Below are positions 62,282-63,672 of a DNA stretch of 63,672 bases, piece by piece; positions within the stretch are counted from its first letter, which is position 1, and every line of letters starts with the position of its first letter. The stretch lies in the NCBI GenBank assembly GCA_044892505.1, contig CM097882.1, positions 179,180,329-179,244,000 of the forward strand, given 5' to 3'. The position numbers and the translations under genes are program-made. The notes below the pieces were generated by a model. It searched no databases and was not told the DNA's origin. It saw only the letters and a program-made list of their open reading frames with translations. The DNA is from Schmidtea nova (Eukaryota).

Positions 62282-63216
62282 ACTAGCTGCCATACCCGGG
62301 AATAAAACAAAACAAAATCATAAACACATCAAAGATGCAAAAGTAAAATTATATTTGACAATTTTTATTTACTTGCAATTGTATGAAATTTATTAGGTAT
62401 GTTAAATGTGCTTTAACGTTTTCTAATGACAGCTTGCATTGATTGTATTATTTACCGGTTATAAAATCTTATAAGAAATTTTATACACTTGTATTTAAAA
62501 AAAAATTAATTCACTGATAGGTTTATTTTCATATGAAATCGGTTTTAATGTACTTTTAGTTTTGATTATTCAATTTGTATATGTAATTTTAATCGCTTCC
62601 CAAATTACGTTTTTTATGATAGTACTAAAATTTCAATAATAAGGAAATTGTTGAAATGCCCTTTTTCCAAACTGCGTAAATAAAACACCACTAATTTCAA
62701 ATTCCTTGGTTTTTTAAAATGGGTAATTAAACACCGCTAATTTCGTAGTGAAAACTAAATTAATAATGTACAGTGTAGTAGTTGACAGAGAAAATTGACG
62801 TTTATGAATTGAAATATAACACAAAATTTAATTGATCGTAATGGATTGTTGTAGAATCGCTGTCAAAAAGCGTTCCAGAATGAATAAGCGATACAAACAT
62901 ACATACTTTTGTTCTTTATATATTAGAATATTGTATACAGTTTCACAACACTAAAATATGATTTATATAAGAAAAGCCATGTTAAGTACAATTAATAGGT
63001 GCCTGCGTAAAGAAAACGCGCTTGTGACGCAAGGAATTGGACTTTTTAAAATGCTATCATGCTTAATTAAAAAATTTTCCTATACATTGTACTACTGAAA
63101 ATTACATCAGTAGTCGAGAAGATTGATTTCGAATCGCTGCCAAAAGGCGTTCCAGAGTGAATCAGCTATAGAAACATATAAATATACATACTTTTGTTCT
63201 TTATATATTAGAAGAT
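62282..63216 (+). mobile_element. Helitron/Helentron-type non-autonomous element with a duplicated 3' module
   Basis: Starts ACTAGCTGCCATACCCGG and ends catacttttgttctttatatattagaagat; the 3' module occurs twice (about 62830-62930 and 63115-63216). Confidence 0.5.
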
Positions 63217-63269
63217 TATATAAACATAAAGTTAAATATTCGCAATTTTACTTTACATTTCTACTTTAA

Positions 63270-63342
63270 CACGTTAATCGCCACGATAATATCAGACACA
63301 TATAAACGTCAGACACATATGACTGACATGGCGATTAACGTG
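63270..63342. mobile_element. 73-bp piggyBac-like MITE
   Basis: TTAA on both sides; perfect 14-bp TIR CACGTTAATCGCCA. Confidence 0.75.
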
Positions 63343-63672
63343 TTAAACGAAAAAAAACATAACTTCAAACAATATTTTATTTGTAAATAGTGAGCGCTAA
63401 AACAATTTTAGTTTTCCAACGTTTGCTATCTCTCTGAAACTGGATCGAGACTAGGAGAGAATAGTATATTTTTAACATCCGCTATTACTACATTTATTTT
63501 GCGTTCCTCTGGCTGAGAATCACTGATTTACATCAATACGGAGGAACATTATATCAATCCACAAAATAATTAGCTTTTGATTGACCCAGGCTAATTCTTT
63601 TAATTGATTCTGTGTCTTTGCCTTTGTGTATTACAAAATTGGTAGCTTTTCTAACATATGACCAAATTCTGT

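Noticed and set aside
63580-63672. Candidate final Smad4 exon after ccag at about 63589
   Set aside because: Translation lacks the expected ALQLLDEVL-type helix, so the last exon is probably beyond the window.

Overview
AT-rich eukaryotic (animal) genomic DNA with six short N-gaps. The Smad4 sequence style and ~50-nt introns suggest a flatworm such as a planarian; this is inference. Two host genes are supported, both on +: a two-exon gene for a 120-aa two-LIM-domain protein (21938-23010), and a Smad4 (co-Smad) gene with 7 coding exons (33089-60888) whose last exon was not found in the window. Most other identifiable sequence is mobile-element derived: a decayed Polinton/Maverick virus-like segment (capsid, cysteine protease, repeat array), BEL/Pao and Gypsy fragments, two Penelope-like elements, Tigger/pogo, mariner, Merlin, MULE, hAT, piggyBac-like MITEs and a Helitron-like element. 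The two strongest unexplained signals are: (1) a multicopy ~200-bp palindromic element built from two inverted Penelope 3' ends, each carrying a minimal hammerhead-ribozyme-like motif with a compensatory U3-A8 core; (2) a cassette of two uncharacterised ORFs (a ~170-aa Trp-rich protein and a coiled-coil protein with a basic tail) present in 2-3 strongly diverged copies beside a shared ~385-bp LTR-like repeat, one copy preceded by four regularly spaced hairpins. All translations and alignments were done by eye; no database search was run.
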